From Narcine bancroftii (Eukaryota): a stretch of 64,000 nucleotides of DNA. The position numbers and the translations under genes were made by a program. This document shows, piece after piece, positions 12,581 to 25,900 of the stretch. Below the pieces are notes generated by a model. That model saw only the letters and a program-made list of their open reading frames with translations, searched no databases and was not told the origin of the DNA. How positions within the stretch are numbered: the first letter of the stretch is position 1; every line of letters begins with the position of its first letter. Location: assembly GCF_036971445.1 (NCBI RefSeq), contig NC_091476.1, positions 140,802,001 to 140,866,000 on the forward strand, read 5' to 3'.

Positions 12581-13855
12581 AAAATAGCAACGCGTGCAGA
12601 GACCAGGGGGGTGGAGGCATGTTCCAACACATTTGCTGAAAGGACAGCAATGATGCACGAGTCAGGATTACGTAGAACATGACCCTTTTTCCATATGTGG
12701 CCCTCAGAACATTGAATTTAATCTTAAAGCCCCTCAGTAAAATGTAACAATAAACAGCCAATAATTTGTTGCTGTAGTGAATTCAGCAGTAACTATAAAC
12801 AGGATCCAAGTTAAACAGCTAATTAACAAAGATGGTGAAAGGGCCTGGTGCGGTCTAAGTAATTCAATGAAAACATGGCTGATCTGAAGCATTTCCAGCT
12901 ACCTCTGGTAACATTCACTACCTGCATTACATTACAAATCTGTCTACCTCTGCATTCAAAACATTCAGACTTTGCTTACATCACTCAAGGCAATCACTCA
13001 GCTTTCAGAAAACATGTTGCCACATCTTTCTCAATTCGACAACTCATTTTCTGCCACAAAGGAAACTTTTACCAACCTATCAAAACTCCAAGATCTTCCA
13101 AGTCAGTCTCCCCTTACTTTTCTGGCTGTGCCAGGTATCAATCTCGTAGCATTTCTGATATGCTTCCAACACATTTACTTCTTTCCACTATCCAATAGAC
13201 AATTTTCTGGAGCCTGATTGGTTTTGGGATTTTGATGGTACTAACCTATTTTTCTTACCAGTCATTAATATTTTATTAGAAATGGACAATTTGGTCCAAC
13301 TCTGCAGCATTTGTGATCTTAGCACTGACCATCAGACAAATTTCACTGCAAGTTCACCAAAGATTGCAGAACCAAATACAAATGTTGTCAAGATAATTTT
13401 GGTCTGACCCTAAAAATGTATTTATTATTATTTTTTTCATGAAACCTTATGACCATATATTGGTCAGGCAAGGGGATTTCAACATACTGTAATCAGTTGC
13501 CAGAGTAATAATTAAAGCAAAATACAGCACGCCTGATTTAAAATAATTATATCAAGAGCAACCAATTTCGGAGCTCAAATGACCAAATCTTTATTTCATG
13601 ACACTGAAACAATCAGTTGGTTAATATGGAACACAATTTATAAAGTAACCCAAATAAATACACATTCCAATTCCATCAAGAAACAACAACAGCATTGATG
13701 CTTTTGGTAAATTGGTCTGAAATACAACGCTTCAAAATGATAGCAGACTGAATCTTTGTGCGAAGGTGCAGTTAAAAGGTGTCTTTTTTTGTAACAAAGA
13801 CCAATTAGAGGAAGTGAATAAATGAAAAAGAATAGGTGCTGTTAACATTCCTCTA

Positions 13856-13861
13856 TTTATT
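13856..13861 (-). terminator. Candidate eif3i polyadenylation signal (AATAAA); a second candidate lies at 13590-13595
   Basis: TTTATT on the plus strand 53 nt past the stop codon. Which signal is used cannot be told from sequence. Confidence 0.4.
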
Positions 13862-13913
13862 TAACAAAATAAACACTCCAATTAAATTTGGAAAAGACAT
13901 TCTCCTTCACACC

Positions 13914-13995
13914 TTAAAATTCCATCTCAAATTCAAAGTACTGTGGGTCAAAGTGATGTATTCTCACGTAACCATCCTCGCCTCCGCTGCTGTAG
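13914..13995 (-). CDS. eif3i: eif3i exon 11, last coding exon ([27 protein letters not shown])
   Basis: cag|C TAC AGC...TTT TAA, 82 nt. Confidence 0.96.
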
Positions 13996-16900
13996 CTGTA
14001 AACATGAGAAAGTACCATTAATCTCAACCTGGAATGTCCCTGACTACCCCAAAGTATGACCGGAGAAACAGGGCAAGTTAGGTTTTGTTCTCTTTCTCCC
14101 ATTCTTTTTTTTTTAATATTTAATTTTAATAGACTCAAACAAACCTCTTTTTTAAGCATTCATGTAACAGAGTCTGTATTTATTCCCCCACCTTCCCTTT
14201 CTACAACTGAAAGTACAGTCAATTAAATTACATTGAAACAATTAAATTAAAAAGTAAAAAAAAACCACTCAAAACAAAATATTTCAAAGTGGAGGGGGGA
14301 GGGGGGCTTCTAATCAATCTGTGCACCAATACAGTTCAAGTAAGGTTGCCACACTCTAACGAATATGTTATGTTTCTTCCTTAAATTACATGATTTTCTC
14401 CAGGGGAGTGCAAGTCTTCTGGATCCTGTAGAAAACCACTTTTGTAATTTTTTTTTAAGAATATCCCTCAGTTCATCCCAGAAAGAACTTGCCTTTGTAC
14501 ATAGCCAGGTGGAGTGGACAAAAGTTCCAACCTCCACACCACACATAGAGCAAATTTTTGACTTTGTGTAATTTTTGTGGTGTGAGGTACAACTGGTGCA
14601 AGAAATTGACAACTCCAGTCACACTGTACAGGCACAGCTCTTGCCACCACTCTTCATTGATTGCTGTGCCCAAGTCCAACTCCCATTTCTCCCTCGACCT
14701 GTGTAAGCCCTGCTTTGGGCCCCTCACTTTGGAATATGTAATACATCTTAGAATCTCCAGATTACTACATCTAGGTAGAGTCATAGACAGACCCAATTTT
14801 TACCTTAAGATCTTATTTGCAGATAGCAGAATGTTCTATTAGATAAATCGTATTTGTTCCTCAACTGCTCAAATGACATGAGCTGCCTTTGCTTGTAACA
14901 ATTTTCGATACACCTGATCTCCCTTCTGGCATCAGGTGTCCAGGATTTTATTACCCAGAGGCAAGGGTATTGTTTTTCTGGGTCAAAGGCATTTTGGGAG
15001 ATATCCCCACCTTCAATCCAATACATTGATTCATTCTTTGCCATATCTGAAGTACATGCTTTAATTTCTTTGAAATTAATTTAGTGTCCCATTTGTATAT
15101 AAACTCTCCGGCTATCTTTTCATCTACTGCATGTAGTCCAATTATTACCCAGGAAGGGGGCGGGGGGGGGGTGGGCGGCCTTCACTCAAAGAACGAAGCG
15201 ATAAACCTTGCCTGGGGTGTCCAGTAATATTTTTTAAAATCTGGTTATTTTAACCCCCCCTCCCCCAAATTATAGTTTCACGTCAACTTTTCCATGGAGA
15301 TTCTAGCCACTTTACCATTCCACAGGAACCTCCTGGCACATTTGTTGAGCAACTTTTAAAAGCCATGTGGCAACAAAATGGGTAATGATTGAAAAAGATA
15401 CTGGAGCCTTAGCATCACCTTCATTCTGACACAGTTAACTCTGCCCACCAGTGTTATGGGCAGAGTCCTCCATCTAGCAAGTCCTCCTCAATCTTCTGGA
15501 GCAAAGGGAAATAATTAAGTTTGTATAAATTGCACAAATTTTTGTCCACTTTATCCCCAGATATTTAATGCGTTTTTGTGGCCATTTGAATAGATTTCTC
15601 TGTTGATATTGTCTATAATCCCCATTCGTCAAAGTCATAATTTCACTTTTGTCCAGATTTTCTTTATACCTAGAAACCTTGCTATAATCCTCCAGGGTGG
15701 TCTTCAGCCTGGCCAATGACCCCCCCCATCAGTGTCTAATGTCAAATATACTAACACATTATCAATGAAAAGATTGATTTTGTGTTCCACCTGGCCCTCC
15801 TTGAACCCCTTTATGTGTGGATCCCACCAAATTTCTTCCGCCAGCAGCTCCATTGTCAGTATGAACAGTGCTGGGACATTAGACAACCCTGCCTACTGGA
15901 CCTGCTCCAAGGAAACACTGGAAATATACCCCGATTTGTAATAATTTTTGCTTGGGGTTTACAATAAAGTGTCCTCACCCAGTTACAGTACAACTCAGAT
16001 TATCCAAAATTTAAAAATATTTTTGGATAAACAAGGATATCTGAAATCCTCATTTATCCAAAATATTTTCAGAGCCGAACTGACCAGGAATGTCGGGCTC
16101 CCAGTGGTGGCAGCAGCAGTGGACCCTGGGCTCCTGGCAGCAGCAGCGGGACCCTCAGCCTCCCGACACGAGCGGGCCTCATTGGGGAGATATCGGTGAT
16201 CAGCGGTGGCCAGCATTTTATTTTGGTGAGAATTAAAATTTATTTTAATGCTTAAAAAGCCTTCCCTTGTTGTTCAACACTGTTAAAAGTGATTTGCTGT
16301 TGCTATTGGGCTGTTTTTAAAAATGACCGGTTCACCGCAAAAAAACGTTTATCCGAAATGGGCCCAGTCCCAACCATTTCTGATAATCGGAGTTGTACTG
16401 TAATAAATGTTTGACCCAATCCAAATTTCTCCTGTACCTTGAACAAAAAGTCCAATTCCAATCCGTCAAAGGCCGCTACGGCCACTCCTGGATCCACCCT
16501 CGACTGTGCCAGATGTACTATATTAAGCAATCTAGCTATGCTGTTTGCTGATCATCTCCTTTCTACAAATTCAGCTTGGTCTGGATTAGTTTCAACAGAT
16601 ATTCTGCCAATCTATTGGCCAATTCTTTTACAATAATTTCATAATTGGTGCTTAATAACAAGATGGGTCAGTACGAGGCTGGATTCAATGGGTCTTTCCT
16701 TTTATTTGGAATCACCATGATGACTACTGTGGAGAAAGACTCCAGAAGGGTATGCGCCTCCTCCGCCTGATCCACACCTTCACAAGAAGGGGTATTAAAA
16801 GATGTTTGAACTTTTTATAAAATTCGGTGGAGAAACCATCCTCCCCTGGTGACTTACCAGCCTGCACAGAGCTCAGGATCCATGCAATCTCCTTTTTAGA

Positions 16901-19900
16901 GAAAGGGGAACTCAGCCCCTCTCACTCTTCCTGATCCAAATTTGGTAGTTTCAATGAAACCAAGAAATCATCTATTTTGGTAGGATTACCCCCTGACTCA
17001 GATTTATACAATTCCTTATAAAACCTTCCAAATGTTTTGTTTATTTATTTTAGTTTATATGAGATCTTGCTTTCCCCTGTTTGATTGTCGCATTGATTGT
17101 TGTTGAGGCCTATTTTGCCCTCACCTGCCAGGACAAGACTTTGTGGGCCCTCTCCCCCAGCTCATAATACTTCTGTCTAGATCTTAAAATCAACTTTTCT
17201 GTCTTATATGTTTGTAACTTATATTTGAGCTTTTTATTCACCAAATTCTTGTATTTTTCTACTGTGCCCATTTTTTAATACCTTTTCCAGTTGTGCTATC
17301 TCCTGTTCTAAAGAGTTAACCTCCTTTTTGTACCCCCTTTTTAATGCTCTTAGTACAAGCAATTATCTGGCCCCTTAAATAAGCCTTCACTGTATTCCAT
17401 ATTAGGAAGTTATGCTCAGTAGAGGGGCAGTTCTTCTCACTGAACAATTCTATCTGAGTTCTTCTGGCCTTCCCAACAGCAATGCATTCAGGCACCCTCT
17501 ATACACCAAGGCCTGCTTATCTGATGAATGGTCAGACAGCAGTTGAGCCATGTACTCAGTTGCCACTATTCTACCCTCCTAATTTGGCTGATGCCAAAAA
17601 TAAATCAATTCTGGTGTAGGAATCACATTGCCTTGAGTAAAAGGAGTAATCCCTTTCTCTCAGATTCAGCTTTCTCCAGACATCTATGAGATTTAGCTCG
17701 TTCATAAAGGCCAGAGTAGATCTAGCCGCCATGGTCCTTGCTATCTTCTTTGTAGATTTGCCCATGACTGGATCCGGACAAAAATTAAAGTCTCCTCCAA
17801 TTGAAACATTCTCTTATCCTTTAGATACTTTCAAGAATATGTCCTGTATAAATTTTTCATTGTCAAAGTTTGGGGCATATATATTCATAAGTGTCCAGGG
17901 TTCAGAGTATATTTGACAAAGCATCATCACAATTCTTCCTGCTGAGTCAGTGGTCACTTCCCTGACCATCCCTGGAACATTCTTCCCTATCAAGATAGCA
18001 TCTCTCCTAGCTCTAGAATTGAAGGATATCGCCACCTGGCCCACTCATACGCTCTTTAACTTTAAATGCTCTTGCTTTGTAAAGTTGGGTCTCCTATAAA
18101 AACACTATATCTGCCTGCATCTTTTTAAAGTGTGCTAAGACTTTCTTTTAATTGTTCCATTTACATTAAAACTCACAAATTTGATTGACATCCATTATCC
18201 CCAGACCACTCCATTATATCCTTCCCCTTCCTTCTTATCATGATACCTAATTTTCATCATTGTTCTCCTCCATAAATCCTTGCATAGGCAACCGTGTTCC
18301 ACACAAGAACTAAACAAATTAACAAAACTAATTCACAACAAAATGAGAAACATCCCAGAAACCCCCCACTCTCTTTCTCCCACTTTTCTGCCCACAGTTT
18401 TTGCACTTCAACAACTTTAATTCTTCAATTCCACCCCACCAGCTGTGAAATCTGTTGCAAGAGGGACTCAGCAGGCCAGGCAGCACCCACGGAGAGAAAT
18501 AGATGGTCAACATTTCAGGTCAGGATCCTTTTTTGAAACACATGCTCTCAGTTGTCTCTGCCATGTTTTTGTTTTGTACAGGGATGATCAGAAGACAATC
18601 CAAAACATTTCTGAACTCAGAAGTCATGCACACAGTGTGTGGTTTTCCAGCAATAGTTGTGGGAAATCAGCCCATGGAACACACAACAGTTATACCTGCC
18701 ACATATTCAGCAACTCCATCCATTTCTACAGTGAAGAACTACACCAAGGGAAGCAAACTTCAATTTGCATCTTTTGAAAGTCATCGAGTCAACAATACAT
18801 TTAAATATCACGTTCTAATCTTATAATAATATAAATTAATATTTAAATATTTCTTCAATGTCAGACACATCTGGACACTTGAAATTTCCAGTATTTTTGG
18901 AAGTGGAGATCTGGTCCACCAGGCTGTCAAACCATTCCCTAAATGTCAACTGCCAAAAACACCAGCAAGCCCTTGGGCTAATTCGCAGATCATGCTATAT
19001 AACTGCACTCATATTTGGGTAGAGAGGGGTGATATGGATGCCACATTGCTTGGACATCTCAAGGCCAGGCAAATCCAAGGACATGACTCAATTGTCTGCA
19101 TTAAACACAGGACTGGTTAAAGAACATTAAAAGGTTCTAAATGAGAGAATTTAAACATTTCTGGTAGCTCAATTTAACACTATGATTTTTATTGAAATCT
19201 ATTTCAGATACAGCAACGTACCTTTTCCCATCTGGATGGAAAGCCACACTATTGATTGGGCCAAAGTGACCCTTTACACGACCAAACTCTTCTTCAAAAG
19301 ACAAATGGAAAAATCTACAAAGGAAACAAACTGTTATTCAATCACAGGAAATAATACAGTAGGCAAGAGTTCTTCTTCCATTACCGTGAGGTACCATTTT
19401 GGAAACCAGGATAGAGTCATTATTGCCCCCTTTATTACTCTTCCAATATCCAAGACAAGCTTTGTGCTGATCATAGCTTATAGCCACGGCTTTTTCTCTG
19501 TCCAGGGCAGAATGTTCAAAAATCTGAAAAAATTAGATATACCATCTCATCTCCGGAAAACAAAGCGACGTTGACCAATGCTGATCTAGTTTGTCGGGAG
19601 GAATGATCATGGCTATCAGATCTCAGTCAATGACACTTTAAGAATAGGGGCTTGGCCACCTGGCTCCTCAAGCCTGCTCTGCCATTCAACTAGAATGGCT
19701 GATCTTATTGTGGACTCGGATCCACCTACCCTCCTTTTCCCAAGCTCCTGAAGGTGAACCCTACAAATACTCAGAGCTTAAAAGCTGCCTTCTATGAAAG
19801 GCAGTCTAAAAAAAATAACACACAAAATCTGTGGAAGAAGGATGGTCAGTAATTCAATTACATATTTACACAAAACAACTTCAGACTAAACTTTAGAAAT

Positions 19901-22900
19901 TGTATTTTAATTCCCACATCGTTGTTTGTTACATACCGAGCCTCAAACTTCCCAATTCTGGTAGATGTGGTTGTTACATCCATCGCTTCCTGACCACCAC
20001 CAAGGACAACCTAACAAAACAAATCTGGGGTTAAGCGGATGAATCGCATGAAATATGATGTTATCTGTTCAGAGAAAATTAAGCAGCGAAACCCACTGCC
20101 CAAATCTTGGAAAGTCTGCAATGTCTACATACAGGCTATAGATTTTGACCCCCTCCACCAGCTTTCAAATTAAATCCTTAGACAAGTTGTATGAATTAAG
20201 GCATTTTTATGAGCAGTGAAATGCAAACCAAATTTTTTAACGTCATTGTTCGCCATTAAATGTGCGAGCTGCATCGATGAATCTACTCTTGAACCTACCG
20301 GTTCAGTATTGGACAGAGTAAAATAAACAGAGAAATAGGCATTTTTTAGGACATCCTCACATATGTTTCTTTCTGTGAAGCTCTTACTAAAGATAACTCA
20401 CACTTTATATGTTTAAATTTGCCCAGTATGTTGTTATAAAAATTACACCAACATTTTAAACATGACTAATTAAAATATGACCAATGTGTTCATAATCAAC
20501 TACTTGTCAATTCCAACCCAATGACAGACTCACTCTATACTATAGAAAAACACCAAAGTCTGCAAACACCATGATATCTACCCTGAAGAAATTCTCCTAA
20601 TCACTGTGCCAGAAGACCTTTGTGTTTTACTCCTTTCTACTGCAAAACTCTGCAAAATCTCTTTGCCTCTCCCCATTACATTTTTCCATACCTTGATGGA
20701 GCTCAAGCTCGAAAGATTAGTTATCCATCTTTATCTTTGCAATATAAAGTACAGTTTGACCTGCTGAGTTTCTCCAGCATTGTTTTTACTCGCTCTATAC
20801 CAATGGTTTTCAAACTTTTTCTTTCCACTCATATACCACCTTAAGCAATCCCTATGCCATAGGGCTCTGTGATTAGTAAGGGATTGCTTAAGGTATGTGA
20901 GTGGAAAGAAAAAGTTTGAAAACCACTGCTCTATACTATGATTGTTTCTGATCATTTCTAAAATAATTGTTCCCTGAAAGCACTAATCTGGTCAAGAGAT
21001 CAGCAGGTAATCTGGATCGGGAATTTTCAATCTTTGCCATGAACAACAGTGCACCATGGTCACAACTAACAAATAAAATCAATGATCTGATCAACTTACA
21101 CAAACTGCATAGGGACATTCTGAAAATAAGTTGACATTTCATTTTAAGAACACAAGTTATGCAACTGTGCCACAAATAAAGCGCACTAAATCACCACGGT
21201 GCAAATCACTGGGCAAACTTGGTCAGAGCCCGGGCCCAAACTAGAACCAAATCTGCTTGGATTCTGTCTCTTTCAACTCTCCATGGACGTCATTCCAGAA
21301 AATTCTGTCCTAGATAAAAGTTTTTGTGATAAATGCATCCCTTAAGGAGCAAAATAAATGCCATTTAAACTATTTATCATTTAACTATAACTGGAGAAAC
21401 ATGATGCATTCTCCTCATAATATGGTATTCACCGTGGAAGTATTTTCGCACTCTGAGGAATCAAACCTTGGAGATACCACATGACCACAGAATTTATCTG
21501 ATGATCTATTCCTTACATCAATTACAAGCAAACCCTGGGTTATGAACAACTCGTACATATAAATGAGCTGTTCCCCAATTCATGCATGTGCATAATTATG
21601 CCCCAATTCACAAGTAATAAACCCACCCTACTCTGTAACCCCCCCCCTATTTTTCCTTCATTCATGAGTCTCTTAAATGCCCTTAATGTTTTAGCCTCCA
21701 CCACCATCCCAGGCACGGCATTCCAGGCACCCACGACACTCTGTTTAAAAAAAAACTTACCCCTGATGTCTCCTCTAAACTTACCTCCCCTTTGTGCATA
21801 TGTCCTCTGGTGTTTGCTATTCCTGCCCTGGGAAACCGGTGCTGGCTGTCCACCCTATCTATGCCTCTCATAATCTTGTAGACCTCTATTGTCTCCTCTC
21901 ATCCTTCTACGCTCCAAAGAGAAAAGTCCCAGCTCTGCTAACCTTGCCTCATTAAACTTGCTTTCCATCCATCAGAACCAGGTTCAACTGAGCATTGAGC
22001 TAAATTGTTTATTACAAAGTATGCATGTAGTCCCTGCAACAAATCAAGCAACTTACATGTTCCACAGAAGGAGAAATAGCAGCTGAATTCACTGGTCGTT
22101 CAGTCCTGAATGTCTTCAAGTGCTCTAAACTTGCAGAATCAAATAACTGTAATAGAGAAGATCCAAGTGTAAGAAAAGCAGACAGGCAGCAACACTAACT
22201 TCAATCAAACTTATGTGCAAGATCTAAATTATTTGGTTTTGCCCTCATGACTGATGTCAAGGCCCAACCATTATGGTTCCCTTCACCTGAAAAAGCAGCT
22301 GTGTATACCGTCTACAGCAAGAGCTAGCACATCCAAACTATGGAGGGAAAGCCCCAAGCAGCAGAATCCCAGCTCTATCTCAGCAAGACATGAAAAGTAG
22401 AACAACCGTCAGCAAAATAATAGATGACACTTTGATATAGTGAAGAGAAATCTCATTTTCCAGATCATCTGAGATATCCTCATCCTTAAAAAAAAAAGTG
22501 GCTTCGCCTTTACCATCAGCCCTTACCCACATCTCCATTTCCAGCACATCTACCCTGGCCCTTTCTGCCCTTGGAAGCAAAAAGAACAAGATTCCCCATG
22601 GCCTCACCTACCACCCCACCAATCTCTACATCCAATGTATATTCCTCAATCTCCATCACTTACATGATCCCACCCTCATATTCTCCTCACCTCTCCACAT
22701 TCTGCAGGAACTGCTCCCTATGTGACACCCTCGTACACTCATCCCTTCTCACTAATCGCCCCCTTGGCACCTTCCCATGTGATTGCAGGAGGTGCCACAC
22801 ATGCCCACACCCTCCTCCTTCACCACCATTTGGGGCCCCAAATAGTTCTTTCAAGTGAAGCAACACTTCACTTGTGAATCAGCAGGAGTTATGTACTGCA

Positions 22901-25900
22901 TCCTGTGCTCCCGTTGTGGACTTCTCAACATTGAAGAGACTGAAATAAGACTGGGAGATCTCCTCTGTCTGAATCAGTGGCAGGGATCGCCCAGTGGCCA
23001 ATCGTTTCAGTTCTGCATTTTTCCACGCCGACATATCTGTTTGTGGGCTCGTACATTGCCAACTAAGGCCACCAATAATTGGAGGAGCATCAACTAACTT
23101 TCTGTTTTAACACTGACTTCTCTGGTTTCTGCTGACCACTTCCCGTTTTCTCTCTCTTCCCCATTCCTCTGACTCCTTTCTTCCAGCTCTCCACTCGCTT
23201 CCCCCATTCACAGAGCCACCCCCCCCCCACCTTTTCTCTTGCGGCCTCCCTTCCTTATCCACCCATTACCTCTTGCCTTTGGTCCTGTGCTCCTCCCTCG
23301 TTCCCCCCCCCCCATTTTATTCAGACGCCTGCCTACTTAGGCTTATACCTTGATTAAGGGCTCAAGCCTGAAACATTGGTTATGTATCTATATAAAGTAC
23401 ACTGTTTGACCTGCTGAGTTTCTCCAGCATTGTGTTTTTAATTCAATCATTGCATCTACAGACTTTTGTGTTTCACTCCAAAATTGCCTTAGATTTAACT
23501 AAAATATCACAACTTCTGTCAACATGTAAACAAGATCAGAGCTTTTAATTAAGTCACAGCTTTTAACTGGGTAAAGGATTCAAAACTCCACAACTAGTAC
23601 ATAACAAAATGATCTCTATCACCTTTATTGACTTGTACACGTCTCTGCACACTTCATTTGGAACTCAGTGCTTTATGCCTCGAAACTGCAGTATAGTTTG
23701 ATACAACAAAATGTTCCAGTAGTAATGCTTAAATTAAGAATGTTAACCGGCTTACCTTAGCAGTATTGTCCTTTGAAGCAGTGATAAACATGGTAAGGTC
23801 CAAGGATGTCTGGATGTCATTAATTTGCTTGGTGTGCTCCTTTGCTTTAGAAATTACTTCCCCAGACTGTTGCAAGTTTTAAAATGAGCAAATCAATATA
23901 AAGTATCAATTATGGCATAAAATATAAATGTTGTAGTGGGCGCACAGCGTGGTATTGCGAACCGCCACCTTCAGTTCACAGACTTACCCGACACTGCTAG
24001 CAGTGCTGGGCGCCAAAGTACAGTGAGTGGATCAGATGAAGCCCCTGCCTAAAGGCGCGGGGCGCGAATGGCTCATAGCTTTAACCTGCTGGTCCACAGG
24101 ACCAGCATCTGTTCACTAACGAGTTCATTAACAGACAGGGAATAAAAGGTCTGTGTATGTCTGCAATAAACCAGTCTTGAGTTGACTCCCTTTGTGTGTG
24201 TTTGCCTTTATTTAGTAGCATCTACCGTAGTAGCTGCTACACGTTGGTGACCTCGACGTTAAGATTCAACGAATTTGAGTCATTATGGAAAAGGAGGACA
24301 TTTCAACAGGCAGCAACAACTGTCGTTGCCGCCACGACAGTTAATGCAGTTGGGCTTCATTTGCCTCCTTTCTGGATACATCAGCTTCGAATTTGGATTC
24401 TTCAAGCTGAAACCCAGTTTCGTCTTCGGGGTATAATGGCAGAAGACACAAAATTTTGGCATGTCATGAGTACATTGGACGCGGCCACTGCCTCGCGAGT
24501 AAGTAAATTTATTGCTCATCCTCCGGCAGAACACCAGTACACCAGGTTCTGCCAGTTTTTTCTTGACACATTGGAACTTACTAGGCATGAGCGTGGCATG
24601 TGTATTTTGAACGTGGAAGGCCTAGGTGACAAGAATCCATCAGACCTAATTTAATTTCTACTTTAAAAATGGGTTTTAATAAGATATTAAAAATAGTGAT
24701 CTCTCTCTCAAATAACTCATGTAGAACACTCCTTTCATATACTTCTCAACTATTGAGAAAAAGGTGAGCTAATGTTAACTAGAGTTTCAAACATAACTTT
24801 CAGAATGTATTCCAAGTGAAAATAACATTAAAAACTCTTCATTAATATTTAGGAAAGATCATTGGAAACTCACCATGAAAATTATGATTTTGCATATTGC
24901 TGGCTTTAAATAAGAAAAGCCTACAGCAATCTTTTAATTTAGACAACAGGCCATTTTGGCCAACGAGTCTGTGCTGCCCAGTTAACCTACAGTATGGCAT
25001 CTGCTCCCACCACCTCACCTGGCAATGTAGGCACCTCCACTCTTCGTGTTTTAAAAAAGCCTGCCTTGCAAGTCTCCTTCAAACTTTCCCCTTTCACCTC
25101 AAATATATGCCTCATAGTATTTGACATTTCCGTAATGAGAAAAAGACCCCATCTATGCATCTCATAATCATATGTAATTCTGTGATGCTATCCTCAACCT
25201 CTAATGCTCCGAGAAGCAGAACCAGACGCTATCCTCCCAATGTGGCCTAACCAAGGTTTTAAGTGCTAATCTTTTCAGAAAGGAAAACAACCATCTTTTT
25301 TGCCAGATGTAATATATTGTATAGGTAGCAAAAGAAAGGTTCAGACAAAAGACAAAATATAGAACATTACAGCATAGTACAGGCACCTTGGCCTATGTTG
25401 TGCTGACCTGTGCATACCAAACAACCCCCCCCCCCAAAAAAAAAAGAAAACCTCCCTACCCCCGTAATCCTCTATTTTTCTTTCATTCATGTGTCTGTCT
25501 AAGAGTCTCTTCAATGCCCCTATTGTTCCAGCCTCCACTAGATAATTAATTAAAAACCCGGATGCCACTTTATCATGGATTAACAACTTTGGCCAACCAA
25601 CATTACCCAACTAACTTTTTACATTTCCACTGACAAGAATAAATTGAGGCAGCTATCCTCACACAACTCCATATTTTTGTTTTACCAAGTTATCCATTTA
25701 AAATTAACATATGTCAATAGTTTGTAATACATTGTCAACTGACCCCACTTAATAACACACATAAGTTAAATCTCAACATAGCAATTGTATTTCTAATGGC
25801 AACATGCTATTTCCAGGTGTTATCTAGTAAATAGTCTCTGAACTGCCTTCAATGCATTTATATCATTCCTTAAATATGGGAAGCAACATCATACAACATT